A DNA stretch of 64,000 nt, taken from the NCBI RefSeq assembly GCF_006345805.1, contig NC_042997.1, forward strand, positions 39,122,001 through 39,186,000. Reading direction: 5' to 3'. This document shows positions 49,525 to 61,987 of this stretch, piece after piece. A program made the position numbers and the translations under genes. Source of the DNA: Octopus sinensis. Lineage: Eukaryota. Below the pieces are notes generated by a model. It was not told where the DNA came from and searched no databases. It saw only the letters and a list, made by a program, of their open reading frames with translations. Position 1 is the first letter of the stretch; every line of letters begins with the position of its first letter.

Positions 49525-50420
49525 ATTATTATTATTATTATCATTCGGTAGTTTTATTTTTATAGCGTGCTTTTACTTCACTACCGAGCGCAGCTCTGTG
49601 TGCCTTGGGTATGTGCTGTGATTTGTTGTGATGCTCTGATGGTTGTTGTATGGAAAGTGTTCTGCGTAGGATGTGTGCAGTGCCCAGTAGTGCAATTTTC
49701 TGTATGTTATATGTGTTTGTAAGTCCTGGTGTTTTAGTTATGTATTTGTCTGAATATTTTTTTATCATGCCTAATGCACCTACTATAAGAATTGTTTCTG
49801 TTTTTAGAGTCCACATTCGAGTTACCTCTATTTCCAGGTCTTTGTATTTTGAAAGTTTCTCCATTTCTTTTAGAGACACGTTGTCATCTGCCGGTATTGA
49901 TACATCAATTAGAAAGTATTTTTTTTCTTCATTATCTCTGACAACTATATCTGGTCTGTTGGCCTTAATTTCTCTATCTATGAATATGTTCAGACTAGTG
50001 TTTGCGTTGTGGTTATATCCACTATGCTTCATTCATTGTGTCTTCTGGTGTCCTTCAGTAATATTCTCTGAATTTAGAACCAAATTCTAGTAAATTCATG
50101 TGGTAGATTGTTCTCATTCTCTTGTCCACCCCAGAAGTGTTCTTGATCCTTATTAGTTATTCTTCTACTTATGATACTGCTAAACTACTAATTCATTGCT
50201 CTTCAATTCAGGTATATATAGCTTGATTCACCCAGGGACTGAACACAGTTAACCAATGCTAATCTCATTGGAGAATTAGATTGTGGAAACGAAGACCTTT
50301 AAGCTGGACTTTCTTACAGTCATTGGGGGTTTTTTTTCAGTTAAAGGCTTCCATGTGGTATTCATCTCTATGTTCATTCTAACGAGGAGGTTATCAAAGC
50401 CCAACAGGCATGCAGATTCA
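49525..50420 (-). mobile_element. R4/Dong-like non-LTR retrotransposon 3' part (restriction-like endonuclease) with (TAA)n tail
   Basis: DREIKANRPDIVVRD...LIDVSIPADDNVSLKEMEKLSKYKDLEIEVTRMW...IVGALGMI...IQKIALLGTAHILRR (ORF 49541..50032), a PD-(D/E)xK-type motif. Confidence 0.85.
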
Positions 50421-50439
50421 TTCATCTTATCTTGTGTTG

Positions 50440-51180
50440 TTCTCTATTTCCTTGACTTTGTTCCACAAGGCTTGGTGACTCTCCTTTTCTCTGTACAAAC
50501 ATTCAGTCATGCCTGATTGCTTTCTCTCTTAACAGTTTACAGTTCTCACTACCATGTAGCCTTGCAATTCATACACAAGCATCATACAGTCTACTTTTCA
50601 CTCTGAGAGAGACATACTTTTTGTTGCCAACACTGGTAATATAAGGTTGTCCTAAAAGTTCATAGAAAGTCTTGGAAAATAATGGTCTTTATTTTGAGGA
50701 ATAATTTTTGTTGTTTTTGTTAGTACTTGGCGAGTAAAAATTCAATTTTCGCAAGTGTTTACGAACTTTTGGGACAACCTAATAGCTCTCTGAAGTTTTC
50801 CATTCAGTTTTTACTCTAGCTACTCCTCTACTGATAATTAATTAGGTAATTAGACCACGTAGGTAACAGAAGTTATCTAGTGCCTATAAGGATCCTCCTA
50901 GACATATGAGGAAATCTTCTTGTGCAGTCTTAGTACTTATTGCTCCTGCGCATCTGCCACATACAAAGTCTATTTTCCATGTTGACCTACCTGCAATACT
51001 AATGCATCTCTTGCTTCTATTGGGTATACTGTATGAAAATTCTGCATACTCCTTTCCTACCTATCAAGCAAGGCCATTTCCCTGATGGAAGCAGATACTG
51101 TCTATTTTCCTACTTACTAAAACATTGGTCTTTGCGAAGTTGACTTTAAGACCTTGTAATTCCAAGTTGGAATGTCTTTT
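50440..51180 (-). mobile_element. RTE-X-like LINE fragment containing a mariner MITE
   Basis: LQGLKVNFAKT, SGKWPC and LRVKSRLYDACV-like segments. Confidence 0.75.
50642..50782. mobile_element. Tc1/mariner MITE
   Basis: TA|t(a/t)aggttgtcc(t/c)aaaagttc TIRs with TA on both sides. Confidence 0.85.
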
Positions 51181-51182
51181 CT

Positions 51183-51592
51183 ATAATAATAATAATAATA
51201 ATAATAATGAAATTATTGTATACAGTGCTCAGGTGCACCACAACTTGTCAAAAGTGCGTATAAAGCATATGCAGTAATGTACAAATGTCTGGGAAGTGAA
51301 CAGTGTATGAGTCAGATACATGCTTGTGTGTGTATGGAGGGGCGAAAATCAGGTGTAGTGTTGGCGAATCTCGGGAAGCATGGAAGTTTTGAAGGATGCA
51401 GTGCTCTGACAACTAACAACTGATACCGGCAGTTTGTTCCATGCTTCAGCAACTCATAGCATGAAAAAATGTTTCTGAAAGTCATGGATGCTGTACCGTT
51501 TTCTGACTTTGTAAACATGTCCACGGGTGTTAGACAGGTGGTGTTTGAAAAGGTGCTCAGAGTTATTGTTTGTAAGATGGTTAATAATTTTA
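51183..51592 (-). mobile_element. CR1-type LINE 3' end with a trinucleotide tail ((TAA)n as read on +)
   Basis: Aligns end-to-end with 15320-15712. Confidence 0.82.
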
Positions 51593-53734
51593 TGGGTGTC
51601 TGCCAAGTCAGCTGCCAGACGTCGGGATTTCAATAATGTTCATGTTGTGTGTATATATGTATGTTTATCTTGCCAAGACCAAATTTGTCATCCTTTTCAA
51701 ATTTGATAGATAAAATACCATTCCACAACTGTAGATTGGTTGAATGTTAAAGCATACCTAGTGACACTTTGTGGTATCTGTTTTGCTTCTGTATTCTGAC
51801 TTTAAATCTCACCTCCTGTATGTAACCAGCTAAACTAGGCATAGGAGGTTTTTAAACAAGCACCCAATTATTTCAGCTGATCACTTTCAATGCTAGCTCA
51901 CTAGCTGGCAGAGAAGAGTGCATGATGATGCTTACATAATCTTGTTCACTCAATAAAGATATGTATCATCATTTCATCATTTAATGTCCGTTTTCCATGC
52001 TAGCATGGATTGGATGGTTCGACCGGAGTCTGGTAAGCCACGGAGGCTGCACCAGGCTATAGTCTGATTTGGCAGTGTTTCTACAGCTGGATGCCCTTCC
52101 TAACACCAACCACTCCATGAATGTAGTGGGTGTTTTTTTACAGGGGCCTAAGCAGGCTGGCAAACGGCGACGATCAGTTGGTGCATTTTACGTGCCACCT
52201 GCACAGAAGCCAGTCGAGGCGCCACTATGTGAGTGGGTTTAGTAGTTGGAAATTCAAGTCCATTGTGTGTGTGTTTGTATGAACCCTTGACATGATGCGA
52301 TGGTTGTAAATGTGCATCATCATACAAGCGATGTTCACTTCCAGTCTTCAGTAAAAAAAACATGACTAGCCAAGTGAAGGTTGATGACAGGAAAGGCATG
52401 TGGCCATAAAGATTCTGCCTCAGCAAATTTTGTTTAAGCTATGCAAGCACAGAAAAGTGAATGTTAAATAATAATAATGATGATGATGGTGTGTGTGTGT
52501 GTTTTGCTTGGCTTTGTTCACTTTATTCCCTGCATAATATTTGCAACCTTTATAATTGTGCAGATTTCTCTCTTACTGTTGTTGTGTGCATGTATATATT
52601 ATAGTCTCATATAATTTTGTTTCCTTGTGTTTTGGGGAACTTTTTCTTCGTGTGTCCTCATTGCCCAATGCATACATTTAATTTCTGGAGCTCTGTTCAC
52701 TACTTTCATAGAAGCTAAAGCAATGACATCTTTCAAATATCCTAGACACTAGATTTTTTTCTGAAAACGTTTTTAGATATTCGGAGGCCTCTAAACTCTT
52801 TATTCAAAAATAAAGGTGGATTGTAAATTTTTATTGTTTATTTCATAGCATTTGTGATTTCTGTCTGTCTGTCACTGTCTCTCGCTCTTGATGTTTTTTT
52901 TTTCTCTTTTTATTTTTTTTTTTTAATAGCTACAAACTTCCTTTGCTTTTTAAGAGCTCCTTTCCCTCAGCAGGAAATGACTGCTTCTAACAGCCACTAT
53001 TATTGAAATAAGCCAACTGGCCTACTGGCTTATATCGAACTTCAATTGTGGAGTTGTTTATATGGAAGAATTATGCAGAACTGTATTTTAGACATATTTG
53101 TAGCGCATTACCAGCCATACAAATTGTGGTTTTTGTTGTGTATGTTTATATAATTGTCTCTTCTTGGCCGTACCATTTTCCCCCCCTTTAATAACTCATT
53201 TTACATGCACACATACACATGCATTCATAAATAAAAAATTTTTTTATTTTTTATTTTATCTAGTTTCAGCTCACGAGCTGTGGCCATGCTGGGGCACCGC
53301 CATTTATGTAGACTTGATTTAAAGTGCTTGTCATGTTGTGCTAGTGCTTACCTCGTTACATGTGTATGTGTGTGAATTTTAATTTGTTTGCATTTTCTGA
53401 ATCCATAATTAGTGAGATATACGAATGTAAGTGGTACCAGCAGAATCTTGATTATATCTTAGATACTTACCACTCAAGACTAAAATATCCTTATCTACTT
53501 CACCTGCCACTTTCTTTAAATTGCTGTAATAAATTATGCTTTTTATATGTTTATTTATTTTACATAAATGTATTTTTTCTCACTTTAATACCAGCCTGTC
53601 ATGAACTTTGCTGCTTGTCTGCCTGGCATAAACTATTGAAGGACAATTACTGGTTTCTTCCAGAAGCAATGAAATAGCTATGGATTATTATAACTGCCAA
53701 ATATAGAGTAGGGAACTGAGTGTCTAAAACATAC

Positions 53735-54147
53735 TTTACTCTTTACTCTTTTACTTGCTTCAGTCATTTGACTGCGGCCATGCTGGAGCAGCGCCTTTTA
53801 GTCGAGCAATTCGACCCCGGGACTTATTCTTTTTGTAAGCCCAGTACTTATTCTATCGGTCTCTTTTGCCGAACCGCTAAGTGACGGGGACGTAAACGCA
53901 CCAGCATCGGTTGTCAAGCAATGCTAGGGGAACAAATACAGACACAAACACACACACATTACATATGTATATATATACATATATACGACAGGCTTCTTTC
54001 AGTTTCCGTCTACCAAATCCACTCACAAGGCATTGGTCGGCCAAGGCTATAGCAGAAGACACTTGCCCAAGATGCCACGCAGTGGGACTGAACCCGGAAC
54101 CATGTGGTTGGTTAGCAAGCTACTTACCACACAGCCACTCCTGCGCC
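53735..54147 (-). mobile_element. SINE family A, full-length copy
   Basis: Near-identical to the other family A copies. Confidence 0.92.
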
Positions 54148-54572
54148 TTTATTGAATAAGTTAGAAAGATTCTAGGTACAAAATTTGAGATTAAGTATGC
54201 CTTGGGTTAAAGGGTATTATATTTTTGAAAGAAATAGGATGGATCTATGGTTAGTGGGATTTCATTGCTCAACTCATTTCATTCATGATCATCCCATCTT
54301 CAATAGAGCATTCAGGATTTTTTTTTCCTAAAAACGTTAGCATCTTTACATGTATGATTTGATTAGCCAATTGACTTATTGATTAGCCTATTGACTTACC
54401 CTGACCAGAAAGTGCTTCTGAAGTCAGAACTAGCTCTGACTTCAAAAGCACTCTCCAGCTTTGACTTGAAAATTTTTGAAAGCAATATGAACAAAGTCTT
54501 TCACTTCCACATCTTTTACAAGATGTTTTCATAGTAGTTTAGCAGCATCTATAGATCCTGTTGATCACTTAA

Positions 54573-54792
54573 CCCTTTCATTACCAACCCGGCTGAAACC
54601 AGCTCTGGCTCTGAGTACAAATGTCTTGTTTTCATAAGTTTTAAATTAAAATCTTCCACCAAACCTTAGTCACAATTTATGTTCCTAACACTAACTGAAT
54701 GATAACTAAGTTATTTTACTAAATTCTTTGTTATATTTAAAGTAATTGAAAGAAACACAGAGAATCTCAAAATAAATACAGTAACAAAAGGG
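54573..54792. mobile_element. piggyBac-like type 1 MITE
   Basis: TTAA|ccctttcattac ... gtaacaaaaggg|TTAA. Confidence 0.88.
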
Positions 54793-55140
54793 TTAAAGTA
54801 GAATAAGTAAACATTAGTTTAGCATAGATAACATGCCTTTTGGATTGAAATTAGCCTACAAAAACATAACTGTTGTCCTCTAAGATTCATGGTCAATTTT
54901 CAAGATTTATTTTAGTGAAAAAAATAGTCCTGAACGCTGGGAAATATGGTAAACGGAATAAGAAAGTTTGAAATGAAATAAACATATGGTGGGGAGATAG
55001 TAATTAGATACTGCTGACTAAGGCTTGATTAATTAAGCACAAAATCACAAATATGTTGATAAAGTGGAAAAGCTGATTAAATGAATTGACTTCAGGACAT
55101 AACTACTAATATCAATGAGGTGTAAGGCAAAGTTAGCTGT

Positions 55141-55461
55141 GTGGAGGCACATGGCCTAGTGGTTAGAGCAGCGGACTCGTGGTCGAGGGATCGCCGGTTC
55201 GAATCTCAGACCGGGCGATGTGTGTGTGTTTATGAGTGAAACACCTAAGCTCCACGTGGCTCCGGCAGAAGGTAATGGCGAAACTTCTGCTGATTCTTTT
55301 GCCACAACTTTCTCTTACTCTTTTCCTCCTGCATCTTGCTGCTCACCTGCGACGGACCGGCGTCCCGTCCAGGTTGGGGAACCTATACGCCAAGGAAACC
55401 GGGGAAACCGGCTCTTATGAGCCAGGAATGGCTCGAGAAGGAACAAACAAACAAACAAACA
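55141..55461 (+). mobile_element. tRNA-headed SINE family D with (CAAA)n tail
   Basis: Head ggaggcacatggcctagtggttagagc...ggttcgaatctc; TSD aaagtta(g/a)ctgt. Confidence 0.9.
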
Positions 55462-55713
55462 AAAGTTAACTGTAGCAGTATTGGTGGCTGGTAACGATCA
55501 AAGCAGCAACCAACCATTGAAAATGCTATTTGTAGAGGAAAGAAAAACATTGTCAGCATTACAAAACATGTCTGTTGCAATGCAGATTGAGGTAAAATTG
55601 GTCTAAAGGACATACTGTCTGTTCTGTTCTTTGCCTTCAACTATTGATAACTTCAGATAGGTTTCAAGTAGTAAGTCTAGAACCATCAGTAACCTAACTC
55701 TTTTGTTATTATA

Positions 55714-56077
55714 CTAGCACTATAACCCGGCAACGACGGGTCATCGTGCTAGTGTATGCATATACAGCTGCGTGCGTGTGCACATACACACGAGTACTGT
55801 CCAAATCTCCGACCAATCACATACAGCTAGCTGGCATTCAATTGGCGTATCAAGTTTCGGGCATTTTGATTGGGTTTTGGATAGGAAATTCACAAAAAAG
55901 TCACTTCTATTGATTTTTTAATGGCTTTGCGGGGTGACTGGGGAAATGTAAAGATGTGCACGACCACCCTTGGATGGTTTTGAATGACCATAGAAAGTGC
56001 GAGCTCTCTAACTGAAAAACTGTGGATTTGTATAAAGGACACGCACGCAGACATTTTGCCGTTTATATATGTAGAGA
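55714..56077 (-). mobile_element. Non-autonomous Helitron
   Basis: On -: A|TC 5' end; 3' hairpin acccg-tcgttgc-cgggt 7 nt before CTAG|T; no TSD. Confidence 0.75.
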
Positions 56078-56571
56078 TTTCTGTTGGTAAGAACTAGTTG
56101 TACCTGTATTTCAAAGGGGCTAGCCTTATCACACTCTCTCTCTCTCTCGCTGAATCTCCTTATGAACTATGTTATGGGTAAGCATGACTGTGGAGTGCTC
56201 AACCACTTATACATTAATTTCACAAGTAGGCTGTTCCATTGATTGGATCAACTGGAACCTTCATTGTCATAATAACTGACGGAGTGCCGGCTTCTGTTGA
56301 AATTCGCTGCCTTCATTTCAATTAATTTTTAAAATACCAAAGAATTTTGTAAAATCCTCGTCATTATTACGCTTGTTTCTTGAGCATAAATCAATATTAC
56401 ATTTTAATAGAAAGTTTTTAGACCACTTTAAAGCAGAAAGTTTATATCTTAGAAGTAGGGGCAGTTTTGGGTGAGTTGGTATCAAAAGAGTTACCACTGT
56501 TTGGTAACTTTCTCATACTATGCTTGGTGGAATATTTTATATTCTTGATGACCAGTGTTTTATATCTTTAA

Positions 56572-57016
56572 CCCGTTCGTTACCAACCCGGCTGAAACTG
56601 GCTCTATTTCTGAGTACAAATGTCTTGTTTTCATAAGTTTGGAACTAAAATCTTCCACTAAACCTTAGTCACAATTTATGTTGCTATCACTAGCTTAACC
56701 CTTTAGTGTTCAGATTATTCCATCAAACATAATACCTATTGATTCCCATTGATTTGAATTAATCATGCATTATCTCATATCTTCAAGATCTTGATGTTGT
56801 AATTACTTGATGTAGAATAACATTGTAGGGTAGGTGCGAGAGCCTGGATCTGGTCAGTTTGAACATAAAACAGATTAACTATTTTGGCTGGATATGGCCG
56901 GTTTAAATAATAAAGGGTTAATGATAACTAAGTTATTTTGCTAAATTCTTTGTTATATATTTAAAGCAATTGAAAGAAACACAGAACATCTCAAAATAAA
57001 TACAGTAATGAAAGGG
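56572..57016. mobile_element. piggyBac-like type 1 MITE with a type 2 MITE (56699-56917) nested at its internal TTAA
   Basis: Uninterrupted copies read agcTTAAtgataac; here TTAA is duplicated around ccctttagtg...taaaggg. Confidence 0.88.
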
Positions 57017-57505
57017 TTAAAGTTTTTGATTAGAATCACTCAGCTGTGCTCAATATAATATGAGGTGTGTTAAGCACTTGTGCAACATCAGCAACTTGAT
57101 AATCTATCATCATTTTACATCCAGTTTTCAGTACATAATGCATCATCATCATCATCATCTGTTGTCCATACTGTAGTGAAATACATTCATGGAAGTAAAC
57201 AGCCACATATTTACTTTCTTAGAAAACAAAACCGGATTATTGTAGTGTGTTCCCCTTCCCAGTTTAAGAAAATATTATCTAGAGGAAGCAACTGATTTTC
57301 TCAGCCATACTTCAGTTTCTGTTGTCAGAACTACTTGTAAAATTTGGTTTATTTATCAAAAACAGTCTTTTGTATCATGTCTACAATGGCTCATACACTG
57401 CTATCAGATTTTTTGCTTTGAATTGACTGATGGTGAGAGTAAATATTGTAACCATATAAAATTTGATCAAAACTTAAGTCAGTGGGGGAGCTTCTAAAGA
57501 GCTGC

Positions 57506-57695
57506 TCATCATCATCATAATTTAACGTCCGCTTTCCATGCTGGCATGGGTTGGACGGTTCAACTGGGGTCTGGGAAGCCAGAAGGCTGCAACAGGCCCA
57601 GTCTGATCTGGCAGTGTTTCTACAGCTGGATGCCCTTCCTAACGCCAACCACTCCGCGAGTGTAGTGGGTGCTTTTTACGTGCCACCAGCACAGC
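57506..57695 (-). mobile_element. SINE family B copy
   Basis: Core and (GAT)n tail. Confidence 0.85.
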
Positions 57696-57725
57696 TCAAT
57701 TTGTTAGAAGTCAAATTGCCCTTAA

Positions 57726-58232
57726 CCCTTTAGCATTTAGGTTATTCTGTCAAATGTAATGCTTATTTATTCACATTCTTTTGAATTAATCCTGCATTAT
57801 CTCATAGCTCTGAGATCTAAAGGATATGATTGTTTACTTTTAGTATGGCATTGTAGGGTAGGTGTAAGAGACAGCATTTGGTCAATTCGAGCATTAAACC
57901 TGCAGAATATTTTGGCCAGATTAAATGCAAAAGGGTTACATCACTCCTAACATTTTTAAATAAAGGATAGCTGCAGACATGTCTACGATAAGCACTGACA
58001 TGGTTGTGTGTTAACCCTTTAGTATTTAAACCGGCCATATCCGGCCAAAATATTTAATCTGTTTTATGTTCAAACTGACCAGATCCAGGCCTTCACACCT
58101 ACCCTACAATGTTATCTACATTAAGTAATTACACCATCAAGATCTTGAAGATATGAGAAAATGCATGATTAATTCAAATCAATGGGAATCAATAAGCATT
58201 ATGTTTGATAGGATAATCTGAACACTAAAGGG
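57726..58232. mobile_element. Two piggyBac-like type 2 MITEs (57726-57935; 58015-58232, inverted relative to 56699-56917)
   Basis: TTAA|ccctttag ... taaaggg|TTAA termini. Confidence 0.85.
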
Positions 58233-58682
58233 TTAAAGAAGCTTGCTTCCCAACCACATGGTTCCAGGTTCAGCCCCGCTGTGCAGCACCTTGGGAAAGT
58301 GTCTTGTACTATAGCCTCAGGCTGACTAAAGCCTTGTCAGTGGATTTGGTAGATGGAAATTGAAAAAAGCCCATCGTGTGTATGTGTCCTTTGTCTTGTC
58401 ATTACACAATGATTGTAAGCAAGCACCACCATCATACAAGTGCAAGCTCAGGTCTATAATTTTGCATGATAATTGAGTTAATTCCCAACCAATCAGTTGT
58501 TTGTGTCCTGCTGTATCAACATGCATTTCTAATGATGAACAGTCTTGGAAGCTGACCAGCTCTGGTAGCAACATGGCCCTCACAATCTAACTGCCCAGCT
58601 ACACCCTTGACTGCATGCATTGTTGCATACAGAATGTGGTTCATTCTATACACAATGCTACTTGAACTATTCTGTACGCTCA

Positions 58683-59402
58683 CTTTCTTTCTTACCCACA
58701 AGGGGCTAAACACAGAGGGGACAAACAAGGACAGACAAATGGATTAAATCGATTACATCAGCCCCAGTGCATAACTGGTACTTAATTTATCGACCCCGAA
58801 AGGATGAGAGGCAAAGTCGACCTCGGCGGAATTTGAACTCGGAACGTAACGACAGACGAAATACCTATTTCTTTACTACCCACAAGGGGCTAAACACAGA
58901 GGGGACAGACAAATGGATTAAGTCGATTACATCGGCCCCAGTGCATAACTGGTACTTAATTTATCAACCCCGGAAGGATGAAAGGCGAAGTCGACCTCGG
59001 CGGAATTTGAACTCGGAACGTAACGGCAGACAAAATACGGCTATGCATTTCGCCCAACGTGCTAACGTCTCTGCCAGCTCACCGCTTTTTCTGTACACTT
59101 GAAGCACAGATCTTCCTGCATATGCTGCTGTCAACAGAACAGAACATTCTATTTGTATTGCTAAGTAGCAATAGTAGTAGTATGGCGGCGAGCTGGCAGA
59201 AACGTTAGCACGCCGGGCAAAATGCGTAGCCGTATTTCGTCTGCTGCTACGTTCTGAGTTCAAATTCCGCCGCGGTTGACTTTGCCTTTCATTCTTTCGG
59301 GGTCAATAAATTAAGTACCAGTTACGCACTGGGGTCGATATAATCGACTTAATCCGTTTGTCCCCTCTGTGTTTAGCCCCTTGTGGGTGGTAAAGAAATA
59401 GG
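58683..59402. mobile_element. SINE C dimer (-, about 58683-59085) and SINE C monomer (+, about 59183-59402)
   Basis: The dimer junction is identical to the one near 26162. Confidence 0.88.
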
Positions 59403-59749
59403 TAGTAGTTTGGGGACGTGCTGTGACAGCACGTCGCTACTCTTAGCAGATGACACCTTTGCACTACTCAGGCAACAACCCTCCAACCCATGTGTCTGTA
59501 TGGGTAGTTGTTGCTGGTGAGGGTTATACAAGGTTAGAGCGTAAATCCTACTTCGACCTCTTTTAGTTGCTTTTTACAGCATGCAGAAGAAACATTGAAT
59601 CTAGTCTTTGGCATTCTGGTCCTTGCATCGTCATTAACAAAAATTCCCCACCATTTAATTAGAAGCTCGTTTAGAGCTGAGTCATTACAGCACACTTCCG
59701 TACTCCTGTGTTTCATTCATTTATTCTAATGTTTTTCTATGCTGGTATT

Positions 59750-60038
59750 TTCCTTACAAGCCATGCCTGACTCATAGGGCTGGTTTCCTTGGCATATAGG
59801 CTCCCCACCTGGACGGGACGCCGGTCCGTCGCAGGTGAGCTGCAAGATGCAGAAGGAAAGAGTGAGAGAAAGTTGTAGCGAAAGAGTCAGCGGAAGTTCG
59901 CCATTACCTTCTGCCAGAGCCGTGTGGAACTTAGGTGTTTCGCTCATAAGCACACACATCACCTGGGCTGAGATTCGAACCCAAGATCCCTCGACGGCGA
60001 GTCCGCTGCTCCAACCACTAGGCCATGTGCCTCCACAC
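59750..60038 (-). mobile_element. tRNA-headed SINE family D with 11-bp TSD
   Basis: TSD atgctggtatt at 59739-59749 and 60039-60049. Confidence 0.9.
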
Positions 60039-60821
60039 ATGCTGGTATTGGTTGGACAGGTACTTATTTGAGGTAGTATTTTATGGCAGGATACTCTTCC
60101 TACAGGCACCCCTTATCTGTTTTATAATTAAAGGGTTTATCCCATTATTTCGAAAGCACAGAGCTACAGGATGTAGTTTTCACTGAGAATGTGAACACAA
60201 TATCACTGTTTTCTATTTTTATTTATTTTGCCTGGATTTGAATGACAATAAATAAAGTTTTCAAATTTTGACCAAAAGTGAGCAGTTTTAGGGGAAAGTG
60301 ATTCATCGATTACATTAACCCCCATTGCTCAAATGGTGCTTATTTTATTGACCCCAAAAGTATGATAGGCAAAGTTGACCTCAGCAGAATTTGAACTTGA
60401 AATCATAAAGAGTTGAAAGAAATGCTCAAAGCAGTTTGCCCAATTTGTTAATGATTGTGCCACCTCACCACCTTAATATCAATGAATAATGAAAACTAAT
60501 GAAGTATTGGAAGCAAGATAATTATTAGATTTGTCTATAGAAAAATTCTAAATGCTTTCTAAAGTTATAATTCATGTTTTTGCTGTTATTATAAACTTTA
60601 CATTTGATCCTTCTTGTTCAATAAAGTACCAGTCATGTACTGGGTTGATGCAGTCAAGTAGCCCTTTCCCCCATAGTTTCAGGCCATGTACTTGTGTCAA
60701 GAACAATTTAAAAAATTTTTCTTCAGTTTTGTAAAAATAATGTAATATGAAAGCAAAAATAGTTCAGTGTGTACTATTTGGTTTATAAACAGATTGGTTT
60801 GCTTTCAAAATAAGGCATGAC

Positions 60822-60879
<58 letters not shown>

Positions 60880-60883
<4 letters not shown>

Positions 60884-61053
60884 CGTTATATAATTAGGGT
60901 TCAGTAAAATAATTTACTTTACCACACACACCGAACTTTTAGAAATAGCAGCTAAAAATCTTAGCTATTTCTTCTACTCTAAGAAAAGACTCCCAGACAA
61001 TGTATACAATGTAAAGTAAATTATTTTACTGAACCCTAATTATATAACGTAAT
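60880..61053. mobile_element. MITE-like element with perfect 43-bp inverted arms next to a (TA)n run
   Basis: attacgttatataattagggttcagtaaaataatttactttac at 60880-60922; exact reverse complement at 61011-61053. Confidence 0.8.
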
Positions 61054-61987
61054 GTTTTAAATATACCGTAAATGGCCTTTTTACACACCAAACACTACTT
61101 GGTAAAATTAATTAATAATTAATTAATTTTACCCTTTTATTATTGATATATATATATAGTTCAATGTTATGTGTTGACTTGGACATTTAAAATGAGCAAG
61201 CTAATATAGACACCAGGACTTAAAACTGGCATTGTTGTGGGGGTTTGGGTTTTTTTCTTTTCCCCACTGTATATTATTAGCTTATAAGTATCCGCAATGT
61301 AAATTAGGTAATTTGAGTCAACTGTATATATTTTGGTTAATTTGATATGATCCTGTTGTTTTAACATTATTGCAATGAGTCTCACTAATTAAAGAATAAA
61401 TAAATAAATAAAACCATTAACTAGAAAATTATATTTCAAAATACATGTATTACAATGAAATCCATATGAAAGTGCTGGAAAGGCTGACCTATTGATACTT
61501 GGGTTTTTTGGTTGTTGTTTTTTTTTTTATGCATGTTTTATAATGTTTGTTAAAAGTGAGAGAGAGAGAGAGAGTTCATTTTTCTCTTTGTAGGTCAAAC
61601 CTCAAGTTAATTGTTACACAATTCTATTACTCTAAGCACTCTTATATCATTTTTATTATTCTTCGAAATGATAGCTGATGATAACATTCTCCTCGACTGC
61701 TTGTAGCAGCTCAGATATGTTATGATGTCTGGAACAACTATAGATATAGTTGAAAGAGCAAAGTTGTCTGTCTTTTACTTCCCACTTTATTCATTTCCAC
61801 GTCTATTCTAAAGAAATAATTATGAAAAGGTTATGTGTATTTTTCATGGTATTATTCGTAATAATAATAATAATTATTATTAACATCATAGTTTCAAGAT
61901 AAACTAATGAGTTGTTAGTTGACATTTTGATGTAATTTGGTTTTTTTAATCAGTTCAGATACAATGAAATAGTCTCGATGAAATAGC

